Shown piece by piece: positions 41,047 through 50,760 of a stretch of DNA of 64,000 bases. Position numbers and translations under genes: made by a program. Every line of letters begins with the position of its first letter. Position 1 is the stretch's first letter. Origin of the DNA: Spirochaetales bacterium (GTDB taxonomy: Bacteria > Spirochaetota > Spirochaetia > JABEVK01); assembly GCA_037142615.1 (NCBI GenBank), contig JBAXAI010000004.1, positions 64,001-128,000 of the forward strand, written 5' to 3'. Under the pieces are notes generated by a model. The model was not told the origin of the DNA and did not search any database. It saw nothing but the letters and a program-made list of their open reading frames with translations.

Positions 41047-42540
41047 TCAGACCGGTGTGTTCTCTTCTTCTTCGTCATCCTCTTCGTCGTCATCGATGTC
41101 AACGGGAATCTCGTAACGCTTGATCTTGTTTTTCAAGCCTTGGCGGCTGATCATGAGGTTGCGTGACGTCTGGCTGATATTGTTGTCGTTGTGTTTGAGA
41201 GAGGCAATGATGATGTCTTTTTCAATGGCATCCACAAACTCGCGCATGTTAACCGGCTCATGGCCCACGGGAAGCTGGATCGTCTTGACGGTGGCTTCCT
41301 GACCCTGATCCTTCGCGTAAATCTGAGCGTTCTCTTTCAACAGTCGGTCGATGTCGTCAGTTGCCACGGAAGCCTTGCCGCTGGTGCGCAGGGCCAAGTT
41401 GAGTTTTTCGAGGATACCCTGCAACTCCCTGGTGTTTCCAGGGAACGAGTACTTCACCAGAAGTTCCTTCTGTTTGGCTTCGAGCACCGGTAAAGTCTGC
41501 TTGGACTTGCGGGCCAGGGCCTCGAGAAGCGCCAGAATGTCGTCACGGCGCTCACGTAGCGGCAGGGTCCTGATCTGAAGCGTTGCGATCTTGTGATACA
41601 AATCCTTGCGGAAGTACCCGTCCTCAGTCTCTTTGATCAGGTTGGTTGTGCTGCTGCACAGGACACGCACGTCGGCGGACCGTTCTTCGGTAGCTCCCAC
41701 AGGGTAGTAATTCCCGTAGGTGAGAAACTTCAGGAGCTTGGCCTGCACCGTCTTGGGGAGCAGTTGGATGTCTTCAATAAAGAGTGTTCCGCCCTCTGCC
41801 CGGGCCAAAAAGCCGTCTCGGGCAGGTTTCGACCCGGCCTTGGCAACACCGAAGAGCTCAGCTTCCAGCATTTCTTCGGGAATACTGGTCGTCGAAAGGT
41901 TCAGGTAAGGCTCGGTCTTGCGCGATGAGACTTCGTGGATAATCCGGGCCATCATCTTTTTGCCGGTACCGGCTTCGCCGGCAATGTGCACCGGGTGGTC
42001 TGAAAGCGAGAAGGACTTGATCTGCTCCTTGGCCTTGAGCACCGTGGGATGGGTTCCAACCAAGCCGCCTAACGGGCTCTCTGCATTGAAGCGCAGTACA
42101 TTGTTCTCGGCCGTAAGTTTGCGGGCGCTGTCTTCCAGTTCTTTCTCTTCGGCGCGTTTGGTCCGGGCGTACTGCAGGGTGTGCAACGCTTCACGAACCT
42201 TGGCGAGCAGGACCGGTGCTTCCACGGGCTTTAAGAAGTAGTACGAGATATTCGAAGCATTGACGGCGTCGATGAGGTAGTTGGCGTCACCGAAGGCCGA
42301 GAAGATAATGGTTGAAAAGTCAGTCGTCTTCTTCCGGATTTCCTGGATGAGCGCGATTCCTGTCATCGAAGGCATTCGCATGTCCGAGAGAACCAGGTCA
42401 AAGGGGTTTTTCTCGCAGTAGGCGAGTGCCTTCTTGGGATCCTTGAACACGAAGGTCTCGTAGTCTTGCAGGACCTTCTGACAGAAGGTCAGGGTCACTT
42501 CATCGTCATCGACGATAACAATCTTCATTAGGCTTGGCAT
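41047..42540 (-). CDS. NtrC-like REC-AAA-HTH regulator with degenerate sigma54-contact loop
   Basis: REC (VDDD, SDMRMP, KP), GEAGTGK, FRKDLY, FPGNTREL and a Fis-type HTH; GAFTGA absent. Confidence 0.88.
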   Translation of the reverse strand: MPSLMKIVIVDDDEVTLTFCQKVLQDYETFVFKDPKKALAYCEKNPFDLVLSDMRMPSMTGIALIQEIRKKTTDFSTIIFSAFGDANYLIDAVNASNISYYFLKPVEAPVLLAKVREALHTLQYARTKRAEEKELEDSARKLTAENNVLRFNAESPLGGLVGTHPTVLKAKEQIKSFSLSDHPVHIAGEAGTGKKMMARIIHEVSSRKTEPYLNLSTTSIPEEMLEAELFGVAKAGSKPARDGFLARAEGGTLFIEDIQLLPKTVQAKLLKFLTYGNYYPVGATEERSADVRVLCSSTTNLIKETEDGYFRKDLYHKIATLQIRTLPLRERRDDILALLEALARKSKQTLPVLEAKQKELLVKYSFPGNTRELQGILEKLNLALRTSGKASVATDDIDRLLKENAQIYAKDQGQEATVKTIQLPVGHEPVNMREFVDAIEKDIIIASLKHNDNNISQTSRNLMISRQGLKNKIKRYEIPVDIDDDEEDDEEEENTPV

Positions 42541-42598
42541 GATGAAGAATGATACCACAACGTAGTCAGTGTGGCAACACTTGCTGACTAATTCGTGG

Positions 42599-43246
42599 TC
42601 AGGGCGCCGATGGAAGCGTGATGTCGGTTCCTGCCGGTTCGCGGGCACCCTGCAAGAAGCCCTTTTGACCGGCCCGCACCAAGGCCTCCAACAGCTCCTC
42701 GGACTGAGTACCTTCCTCGGCGCTGAGAAACACCCGGAACAAAGTGCCTTCCTGACGCACACGTGGCACAAAGCCGAGGTCGCGCAGCTTGCGGGCTTGG
42801 CTAAAGGCGTTGGCCTGGGTGCGGAAGGCTCCCATCTGGAAGTACACCTGCGGCGGCGGTGGCAATTCCCCGCTTTCACCGACCTTGAGCGGATGAATAG
42901 ACACATTCGCGGTCCCTGCCAGGAGCATGTCCAGTTCGTCGGCGGCGGCCTTCGACAGGTCGATGATGCGCCCCTTCACGAAGGGCCCGCGGTCGTTGAC
43001 GGTCACGACGACCGTCCGGCCATTGTCGAGGTTTGTCACGAGAAGTCGAACTCCGAACCGCAACGAGCGATGGGCCGCCGTGAGCTGGACGGGGTCATAA
43101 AGTTCGCCAGATGCCGTCTTTCGTCCCACAAAGTCGTCGCCGTAGTAGCTCGCTTCGCCACGCTCTTCTTGCGCCATCAGGGGAGGGAGGCAGAGGAGGG
43201 TAGCTACAAGACACAAACCCGCGCGCAGGGAAGTCAATTGCATCAT
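42599..43246 (-). CDS. rlpA: Septal ring lytic transglycosylase RlpA with SPOR domain
   Basis: GEASYYG, TASGE, TAAHRSL, NDRGPF, IIDLS; SPOR QMGAF. Confidence 0.92.
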   Translation of the reverse strand: MMQLTSLRAGLCLVATLLCLPPLMAQEERGEASYYGDDFVGRKTASGELYDPVQLTAAHRSLRFGVRLLVTNLDNGRTVVVTVNDRGPFVKGRIIDLSKAAADELDMLLAGTANVSIHPLKVGESGELPPPPQVYFQMGAFRTQANAFSQARKLRDLGFVPRVRQEGTLFRVFLSAEEGTQSEELLEALVRAGQKGFLQGAREPAGTDITLPSAP

Positions 43247-43336
43247 GTTGCTATTGTGCGCCAGATCGACAGGCCTTGCCAGCCCTGCTTGCCAAAAGCA
43301 AGGGTGATCTTTATTGTGACCCGCGGGAGCACCACC

Positions 43337-45979
43337 ATGAAAAAGTCGGATTTCCTCAAGACCCTGCGCCTCGGAACGCAGGAATACAGTTTCTACGACA
43401 TCACGGTTTTGGGACGGGCCAAGGTACTCCGAATGCCTTTTTCCCTGCGCATTCTGCTCGAGAACGCCTTGCGGAAGTCGGGGTTGTCGGTTGATATGGG
43501 CCTGGTCGAGGCGCTGCTGGCCGCAGGCAGAGCGACCTCCGGTGCCGAGATACCGTTTTACCCCGCGCGGGTGCTGATGCAGGACTTCACTGGCGTTCCC
43601 GCTGTCGTCGACTTGGCCGCCATGCGCGACGCTGTCGCCGCTGCAGGCCAGGACCCGCAAAAAATCAACCCGCTGGTACCGGTTGACCTTGTGATCGACC
43701 ACTCGGTGCAGGTCGATGTTGCAGGATTGCCAACCGCGCTGGCCAAGAACGTCGAAAAAGAGTACGAGCGCAACCAGGAGCGTTACACCTTTCTCAAGTG
43801 GGCCCAGAAGGCTTTCCGTAACTTCCGTGTGGTTCCGCCCAACAGCGGCATCTGCCACCAGGTCAACCTGGAGTTCTTGGCCTCGGTGGTGACCGAAAGC
43901 CCCGACGAGGTGGGACTTTTGCACCCCGACACCGTGGTGGGCACCGACAGTCACACCACCATGATCAACGGTTTGGGAGTCTTGGGCTGGGGTGTTGGCG
44001 GCATCGAGGCCGAAGCCGTTATGCTGGGGCAACCTTACTTCATGACGATCCCCGACGTGATCGGCCTCAAGCTTCACGGTAGGCTGAACCCGGGCACCAC
44101 CGCCACCGACCTCGTCCTCACCGTCACCGAGCGCCTGCGCAAGTTCGGCGTGGTCGACAAGTTCGTCGAGTTTTTTGGCCCCGGCCTCAAGAACCTCTCG
44201 TTGCCTGACCGTGCGACCATCGCGAACATGAGCCCCGAGTACGGCGCGACCATGGGGTACTTTCCGGTCGACGAGGTGACCATCGACTTTCTTCGTTTTA
44301 CCGGCCGCGACAAAGAAGCCGACCTCGCCGAGGCCTACACTCGGGCCAATGAGCTTTTCATGACCGGTGAAGCGGTCCCGGACTACCGGGTGGTGCTCGA
44401 GATCGATCTCGACGAGATCGTTCCTTCGCTGGCCGGACCCAGCAGACCACAGGACCGTGTCAAACTGGGCGAAACGGGCCTCGCGCTCGCCAAAGTCTTG
44501 GCCCCCGAAGCCAAGGACCGGGAGCCAGTCCTGATCGAACTAGCCGGCAAGACCCTTGAATTGAAGGACGGCGCGGTGGCCATCGCGTCGATCACCAGCT
44601 GCACCAACACCGCCAACCCGGCGCTGATGCTCGGCAGTGCCCTGCTGGCACACAAAGCGGTACAATTCGGACTCACGGTGCCCGCATGGGTCAAAACCTC
44701 GCTGGCCCCCGGGTCCCGTGCCGTGCAGGACTATCTCGAGGCCTCGGGCCTGCTGACTTCGCTCGAAGCCCTTGGGTTCCACATCGCGGCCTTTGGTTGC
44801 GTCACCTGCATCGGCAATTCCGGGCCCTTGCACCCTGCCATCGAGAAGGCACAGACCGACCACAACCTCACTTTGGCTTCGGTGATCTCTGGCAACCGTA
44901 ACTTTGAGGGGCGCATCCATCCCAACGTGAAAGCCTCGTTCTTGGCCTCGCCACTGCTGGTAGTGGCCTTCGCGCTCGCCGGACGGGTCGATATCGACCT
45001 CACGACCCAGCCGATTGGCACAGCCAAGGACGGCCACGAAGTCTTCCTCAAGGACCTTTGGCCGACCGACAGTGAAGTTCAGGCGTTGGTTAGGCAGTTT
45101 GTTACCAGGGAAGCGTTTGTCCGTCGCTACAAAACCATCTTTGACGGCGATACCTCGTGGAAGAACCTCAGCGTACCCACGTCGGCTACCTATCAGTGGG
45201 ACCCCGCTTCGACCTACATTGCCTGCCCGCCGTACTTCCAGAGCTTTCAGTCCGAGGCGACCAAGCCCACCGACCTGAAGAGTGCGCGTTGTCTGCTCGT
45301 GCTGGGCGACAGCATCACCACTGACCACATTTCGCCGGCCGGGAACATCCGCGCCGGGTACCCGGCCGGCCAGTACCTTTTGGCCCACGGCGTGACGCAG
45401 CCCGACTTCAACAGCTACGGCGCGCGGCGTGGGCACCACGAGGTCATGATGCGCGGCACCTTTGCCAACATCCGGCTCAAGAACAAGCTGGTGGAGCCCA
45501 AGGAAGGATCGCTCACCCTGAAGTTTCCCGAGGAAACCGAGCAGTACGTGTACGACGCGTCAATGGCCTATCAAGCCGAGGGTCGGGCCTTGGTGGTGTT
45601 GGGAGGCAAGGAATACGGCACCGGTTCGAGCCGCGACTGGGCTGCAAAGGGTACCTCACTCTTAGGCGTCCGCGTGGTGATCGCCCAAAGCTTCGAGCGC
45701 ATCCACCGGTCGAACCTTGTCGGTATGGGCGTCTTGCCGCTGGTGTTCCTGGAGGGCCAAAACGCGCAGAATCTCGGCCTCACCGGGCGCGAGACCTTTT
45801 CGATTTCGGGCATTGGCCAACTCTCGCCTGGGAGTACCGTGACGATCGAGGCCACCGATGAAAAGGGCTTGGTGCGCAGTTTTCACACCAAATGCAGGCT
45901 CGACACCGAGATCGACGTCGAGTACTACCAGCACGCGGGGATTCTGCCCTTCGTGCTGCGCAAGATTATGGACGCTTGA
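43337..45979 (+). CDS. acnA: Aconitate hydratase A
   Basis: QDFTGVP, DHSVQVD, GTDSHT, ITSCTNT, GCVTCIGNSG, TTDHISPAG, GSSRDWAAKG. Confidence 0.98.
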   Translation: MKKSDFLKTLRLGTQEYSFYDITVLGRAKVLRMPFSLRILLENALRKSGLSVDMGLVEALLAAGRATSGAEIPFYPARVLMQDFTGVPAVVDLAAMRDAVAAAGQDPQKINPLVPVDLVIDHSVQVDVAGLPTALAKNVEKEYERNQERYTFLKWAQKAFRNFRVVPPNSGICHQVNLEFLASVVTESPDEVGLLHPDTVVGTDSHTTMINGLGVLGWGVGGIEAEAVMLGQPYFMTIPDVIGLKLHGRLNPGTTATDLVLTVTERLRKFGVVDKFVEFFGPGLKNLSLPDRATIANMSPEYGATMGYFPVDEVTIDFLRFTGRDKEADLAEAYTRANELFMTGEAVPDYRVVLEIDLDEIVPSLAGPSRPQDRVKLGETGLALAKVLAPEAKDREPVLIELAGKTLELKDGAVAIASITSCTNTANPALMLGSALLAHKAVQFGLTVPAWVKTSLAPGSRAVQDYLEASGLLTSLEALGFHIAAFGCVTCIGNSGPLHPAIEKAQTDHNLTLASVISGNRNFEGRIHPNVKASFLASPLLVVAFALAGRVDIDLTTQPIGTAKDGHEVFLKDLWPTDSEVQALVRQFVTREAFVRRYKTIFDGDTSWKNLSVPTSATYQWDPASTYIACPPYFQSFQSEATKPTDLKSARCLLVLGDSITTDHISPAGNIRAGYPAGQYLLAHGVTQPDFNSYGARRGHHEVMMRGTFANIRLKNKLVEPKEGSLTLKFPEETEQYVYDASMAYQAEGRALVVLGGKEYGTGSSRDWAAKGTSLLGVRVVIAQSFERIHRSNLVGMGVLPLVFLEGQNAQNLGLTGRETFSISGIGQLSPGSTVTIEATDEKGLVRSFHTKCRLDTEIDVEYYQHAGILPFVLRKIMDA

Positions 45980-46421
45980 GCCCGTCTTCCAGCACGCGGC
46001 AAAAGGTTTCGAGCCCCGCCTGGTCGTGCTCCGAGAAGCGGGCGAGACGGGGGCTGTCGAGGTCGAGCACGCCCCACACGACACCGCTGTCAAACAGCGG
46101 TATCACGAGTTCCGACAGGCTGGCCGAATCGCAGGCGATGTGCCCCGGGAAGGTGTGCACGTCATCGACCCGCACACTTTCGCCGCGCCGCCACGACGAA
46201 CCGCAAACCCCCTTGCCGTAGGGCAGTCGGATGCAGGCCGGCAACCCTTGGAAGGGACCGAGCACCAGCTGGTCGCCCTTCACCAGGTAGAACCCCACCC
46301 AGTTGAGCCCCTCGACCTCGGAGTTCAGCAGCGCCGCCGCGTTGGCGAGGTTGGCGATCAGGTCAGGCTCCCCCTCAATCAGCGAGGCAAGTTGGGCGGT
46401 CAGAAGCGCATAGTCGGTCAC
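45966..46421 (-). CDS. msrC: GAF-domain free methionine-R-sulfoxide reductase
   Basis: NWVGFY, LGPFQG, ACIR, GVCG, HIACD, DLDSP. Confidence 0.88.
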   Translation of the reverse strand: MTDYALLTAQLASLIEGEPDLIANLANAAALLNSEVEGLNWVGFYLVKGDQLVLGPFQGLPACIRLPYGKGVCGSSWRRGESVRVDDVHTFPGHIACDSASLSELVIPLFDSGVVWGVLDLDSPRLARFSEHDQAGLETFCRVLEDGLKRP

Positions 46422-48070
46422 TGCAGTGACTTCCTCTTGGCCTCAAGCGAACTCTGGATGGTCTCGAGATTTTCGCTGAGTGTGTTGACATGTTGCAGGT
46501 TGCTGTTGCCGATGGCCTGCAGCTGGCCGACGCTCTCGGCGATCACCGCTGCGACCTCGCGCAGGGTCTGGACGCCTTCCCTCAGGACGCCGGTGCTTTT
46601 TTCAATCTGACCCACGTTTGAGCGGTTTCCCTGCACGGCCTCATGCACACGGATGGCCGACTCGCGCACTTCCTGCGTGCCGTCGCGCATTACGACCACG
46701 GTCTGCAGGATGTGGCTGTTCCCAATGGCAAGTTCTTCCATCCCTTCCAACTGCTCACTGAGCAGAGTCTGAATGTCGCGGAAGGCCTGTACCATGCTCT
46801 GGATCAGCTGCACCGAGCTCTGCGACGCCGAGGCGGCCACCTCGACGTGCTCGCGGTTCTTGTCGAGCGTCTGGCGGATGGCCTTGCTGTTGTTCCCGGT
46901 TTCTTCGGCCAACTTCCGGATTTCAGCCGCGACCACGGCGAACCCACGACCCGAATTGCCCGCGTGGGCCGCTTCGATGGACGCGTTCATGGCCAAAAGG
47001 TTGGTCCTGCTCGCAATGTCCTCGATGACCGCCACCACCTGCAGTACGTCGCCAGCCGTCTTTTGCATGTTGCTGAAGGAACTGCTCAGCTGCTTCATGC
47101 GAAGCTCGCCCTGCTCGGCCTGAGTCCCGAGCGCCCGAAGCGACTCGGTCTTGCTCCGGGCCATGGCCGTGATGGACTGCACGTTGGCGGTGATTTGCTC
47201 GAGCGCGGCGCTGGTCAGCTGGATGGCGCTGATCTGGGCCTCCATGCGCGACTGCAACAGAATCTGGATCTGGTCGAGATCCTCCGAGGTCGCCGCCGAG
47301 GCACGGGCCTGGTCCTGCAGCGTGTCAGCCTGCCGGTTGAGTACATGCAGTTCGGTGTCGATGCTCTCGACGGTCTGCGATAGGTTCGTGGCGGCCACGT
47401 CCATCTCGTGGCTGATCTTCTTGCCGTCCTGCGTGCGCTCGAAGGCACTCGAAATCTCGCGGAAGCCTTCGTCACTGATGTCTTGCGAGCGCTTCGACGT
47501 GTCGAGCATCTTCGTCTGCTGGATGAGGTTGAGCACCGACAACATAGCCGTGAGCAGAAACAGGATAGTGATCGACACTGGGTCGCCATTCTTGTTGAGT
47601 TCGGTCAGGGTCTTGGCCAACTGCGTCGCGTCGGGAGGCATCACTTGGAGCAGCCCGATGGTCGCAATGCCGCCGAGGCCCATCACGATGGACTGCCACC
47701 GTGAGTAGCCGAAGAAGGTCGTCATCGTGAGCGTCAACGAGAACAACGCCATGGTTCGCACCACGTCGTCCTCGGCCGAGCCCGAGCGTGTGATCAGAAC
47801 TCCTGCTCCAGCCGCCAGAATGAGAACGCCCAGCGCCATGTTTGCTGCGGCTTGGTAGCGTCCAGTGCGCAAGAGCAGGAGCGCCGAGATCAGGAAGGCC
47901 GACACGACCGCCGCCATGAGAGGGACCTTCCAGGAGTTCTGCAGGAAGGTGGATACCCCCAGCGCAAGCATGCCCAGCACGAACGCGACGAGCACCCAGA
48001 AGAGGTTGGCTGCCCGCGTCCGGCGTATCAGGTCTTGCGTGAGGTAGGGCTTCAGGAACGAATTGGCCAT
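46418..48070 (-). CDS. Methyl-accepting chemotaxis protein
   Basis: Multi-TM N-terminus; [30 protein letters not shown]. Confidence 0.95.
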   Translation of the reverse strand: MANSFLKPYLTQDLIRRTRAANLFWVLVAFVLGMLALGVSTFLQNSWKVPLMAAVVSAFLISALLLLRTGRYQAAANMALGVLILAAGAGVLITRSGSAEDDVVRTMALFSLTLTMTTFFGYSRWQSIVMGLGGIATIGLLQVMPPDATQLAKTLTELNKNGDPVSITILFLLTAMLSVLNLIQQTKMLDTSKRSQDISDEGFREISSAFERTQDGKKISHEMDVAATNLSQTVESIDTELHVLNRQADTLQDQARASAATSEDLDQIQILLQSRMEAQISAIQLTSAALEQITANVQSITAMARSKTESLRALGTQAEQGELRMKQLSSSFSNMQKTAGDVLQVVAVIEDIASRTNLLAMNASIEAAHAGNSGRGFAVVAAEIRKLAEETGNNSKAIRQTLDKNREHVEVAASASQSSVQLIQSMVQAFRDIQTLLSEQLEGMEELAIGNSHILQTVVVMRDGTQEVRESAIRVHEAVQGNRSNVGQIEKSTGVLREGVQTLREVAAVIAESVGQLQAIGNSNLQHVNTLSENLETIQSSLEAKRKSLQ

Positions 48071-48112
48071 GTTCTGCCTCCGGAACGTCTATACTACGGC
48101 ATCCCAGCGCCC

Positions 48113-48141
48113 TTGACCACCAAGTCCGTGCGGAATATCAT
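48113..48141 (+). promoter_or_regulatory. Sigma70-type promoter of the thrS leader
   Basis: TTGACC-N17-TATCAT. Confidence 0.75.
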
Positions 48142-48147
48142 GAACCA

Positions 48148-48412
48148 CTGCTTTGACGGAGACGAGTACGCGTCCACGGTTCCCGAGAGAGACCCCCCCC
48201 GGCTGAAAGGGGGTTGTTCACGGGGCGCCCAAAACCCCTCCCGAGCCGAACCCCCAACGGAAGCTTGCTTCCCAGTAGACGGTTCCGACAGTCCCTCGAC
48301 AGCGGACGAAGAGCGCACCCGGCGTCGCGCCGGCGTGAACCGAGGTGGTACCGCGACCTACTTTGTGGGTCGTCCTTGGAAGTTCTGGGCTGTTGCAGCC
48401 CGCCCAAGGAGG
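48148..48412 (+). ncRNA. T-box riboswitch (probable Thr specifier ACC), translational type
   Basis: GA/AGTA motifs, AGAGAG bulge (48186-91), GCTGA loop (48202-06), ACC at 48234-36, T-box AACCGAGGTGGTACCGCG (48338-55); TCCTTGG can pair with the SD region CCAAGGA. Confidence 0.9.
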
Positions 48413-48417
48413 CCGTT

Positions 48418-50190
48418 ATGGCCGTTACCTCCGTCGCCCAAGCCCGCCTGAACGAAGACGAACTGTTGTACAAAAAACGCCACTCGCTCGCCCACGTGAT
48501 GGCCGAGGCCGTGCTCGAGCTTATCCCCGAAGCCCAGATTGCCATCGGCCCCCCCGTCGACAACGGGTTCTACTACGACTTCGAACTGCCCCGCAGCCTC
48601 AAAGAGGAAGACCTCGCCGGCATCGAGGCGAAAATGCGGGAAATTCTCGCCAGCAAGGCCAGTTTTGACAAACAGATCGTGAGCAAGACGGCGGCCGGCG
48701 ACGTTTTTTCCGGCCAGAAGTACAAGCTTGCCATCCTGAACGATCTGCCCGACAACGAGGAGATCAGCCTGTATCGCAGCCACGGGTTCATCGACCTGTG
48801 TCGCGGGCCCCATGTCGATACCATGTCCCAACTCGATCCCAGCAGTTTTCAGCTTACCCGCATCGCCGGAGCCTATTGGAAGGGCGACGAGCGCAACGCC
48901 CAGTTACAGCGCGTGTACGCCTTGGCCTTCCACGATCACGCCGGCCTCGAAGCGCATTTGGCCTTCTTGGCCGAAGCCGAAAAACGCGATCACCGGCGCC
49001 TGGGCACCGAGCTCGACCTGTTCCACCTCGACTCCGAAAACCCCGGACAGATTTTTTGGCACCCCAACGGCTGGAGCATTTGGCGGGTGATCGAAGACTA
49101 CGTGCGCGGTAAGGTTCGCACCGCCGGCTACAAAGAGGTGAAGACCCCTTTCATCATGCCGCAGAGCCTCTGGGAACGCTCGGGCCATTGGGCCAAGTAC
49201 CGCGACGCGATGTTCGTCACCGAAAGTGAAAAACGACAGTTCGCGCTCAAACCCATGAACTGCCCCGGCCACGTCGAGATCTTCCGTCAAGGCCTGCGCA
49301 GCTACCGCGAATTGCCCCTTCGACTGGCCGAGTTTGGCAGTTGCACCCGTAACGAGGCTACCGGCGCGCTCCACGGCATCATGCGCATCCGCGGCTTCGT
49401 GCAGGACGACGCGCACATCTTCTGCACCGAAGACCAGATTGAAGCCGAAGTGAAAGACTTCTGCGACCTGCTCAGCGAGGTCTACAAAGACTTCGGTTTT
49501 GCCAAAGAGACCATCGAAGTCAAACTCTCGCTGCGCCCCGAGATGCGCCTGGGTGACGATGCGACCTGGGACCGCGCCGAGGCTGCCCTGGGCAACGCCT
49601 GCCGTGCCGCCGACTTTGAGTTTGTCGAAATGCCGGGGGAGGGCGCGTTCTACGGGCCGAAGCTCGAGTTCACCCTCATTGATGCGCTCGGCCGCGGTTG
49701 GCAGTGCGGCACCATTCAGCTTGACTACCAACTGCCTTCGGCTGACCGCCTCAACGCCACCTACATTGGCGAAGACGGCTCCAAGCACCACCCGGTGATG
49801 CTCCACCGCGCCATCCTTGGTTCGTTGGAGCGCTTCATCGGCATCCTCATCGAGAACTACGCCGGCGCCTTCCCCGTTTGGCTGAGCCCCGTGCAGGCCT
49901 GCGTGATCCCTGTCAGCGGCAAGTTCGCCGCGTACGCCGAAAAGGTGCGCGACACGCTGAATGCTGCCGGGTTCCGGGCCGAGGCCGACGTCAGCGACCA
50001 GAAGATGGGCGCCCGCATCCGCGATGCGCAGATGCGCAAGGTTCCGTACATGCTGGTGGTGGGGGGCAACGAAGAAACCGATGGCACCGTCAGCGTGCGC
50101 GACCGCACCGGAGTCCAGCACCCGGTGATGAAGTTGCCCGAGTTCGGCGACTGGCTGGGCGACCGCGTGACGCAGAAAGTGATGGTTTGA
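48418..50190 (+). CDS. thrS: Threonine--tRNA ligase (no N-terminal TGS domain)
   Basis: [46 protein letters not shown]. Confidence 0.98.
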   Translation: MAVTSVAQARLNEDELLYKKRHSLAHVMAEAVLELIPEAQIAIGPPVDNGFYYDFELPRSLKEEDLAGIEAKMREILASKASFDKQIVSKTAAGDVFSGQKYKLAILNDLPDNEEISLYRSHGFIDLCRGPHVDTMSQLDPSSFQLTRIAGAYWKGDERNAQLQRVYALAFHDHAGLEAHLAFLAEAEKRDHRRLGTELDLFHLDSENPGQIFWHPNGWSIWRVIEDYVRGKVRTAGYKEVKTPFIMPQSLWERSGHWAKYRDAMFVTESEKRQFALKPMNCPGHVEIFRQGLRSYRELPLRLAEFGSCTRNEATGALHGIMRIRGFVQDDAHIFCTEDQIEAEVKDFCDLLSEVYKDFGFAKETIEVKLSLRPEMRLGDDATWDRAEAALGNACRAADFEFVEMPGEGAFYGPKLEFTLIDALGRGWQCGTIQLDYQLPSADRLNATYIGEDGSKHHPVMLHRAILGSLERFIGILIENYAGAFPVWLSPVQACVIPVSGKFAAYAEKVRDTLNAAGFRAEADVSDQKMGARIRDAQMRKVPYMLVVGGNEETDGTVSVRDRTGVQHPVMKLPEFGDWLGDRVTQKVMV

Positions 50191-50261
50191 CGCCAGGAAC
50201 GCTTGACCTCGCGCCCTGCCATGCACACATTCCTGCTGAACCATTCCACCAAGGAGACCTC

Positions 50262-50690
50262 ATGTCGAATCCCGTTGCGGGCCCCAAGCCCCGAAAAAAC
50301 CTTCTGCCTCTTCACGGCTTTCTCTCGATCGCCCTGCTGACCGTCCAGTTCCTTCTTGGCGTCGGCACCACGTTGTTCTTCGAGTTTCCCGAAGCCGGAA
50401 GCCGTTGGGCCGCTGCTTCGGGCGGTTGGGCCGGTGCCCACGTGATCGCCGGAACTCTGCTCCTGCTGCTCGCCATCTGGGTGGTTGTTCTGGCGTTTCG
50501 GAGCAAGGCGGGTGTGTGGAAAGTGGCTTCGATCGTCGGTCTGGTTGGTATCGTCGCCGCCTGGTTGTTTGGCTACAGCTTTGTCGAAAAAGACAACGAC
50601 GTGGTGAGCTACCTGATGACCTGCAGCATGGGCTTGGCCTACCTGGCTTACGGCTACGGCCTGTGGAAAGGCGAGAACAGTCCGAGCTAG
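50262..50690 (+). CDS. Four-TM hypothetical membrane protein
   Basis: AAGGAG RBS; four hydrophobic helices; TTGACC-N17-CACATT upstream. Confidence 0.7.
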   Translation: MSNPVAGPKPRKNLLPLHGFLSIALLTVQFLLGVGTTLFFEFPEAGSRWAAASGGWAGAHVIAGTLLLLLAIWVVVLAFRSKAGVWKVASIVGLVGIVAAWLFGYSFVEKDNDVVSYLMTCSMGLAYLAYGYGLWKGENSPS

Positions 50691-50760
50691 GTGAAGATCT
50701 CATGAACGCCCGGTATTCCTGCCCGCGTTGAACTAGACTGATCTCCTAGGAGGCCAGACG

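Noticed and set aside
42569-43336. Long N-terminal extensions in the ORF track for acnA and the NtrC-like gene (likewise recB, recD, thrS, rpoB)
   Set aside because: They overlap other genes or RNA leaders; downstream starts with SD or promoter support and family-typical N-termini were used instead
48418-48480. ThrRS missing the TGS domain as a possible truncation
   Set aside because: Strong SD, intact editing and catalytic motifs, and short ThrRS forms are known
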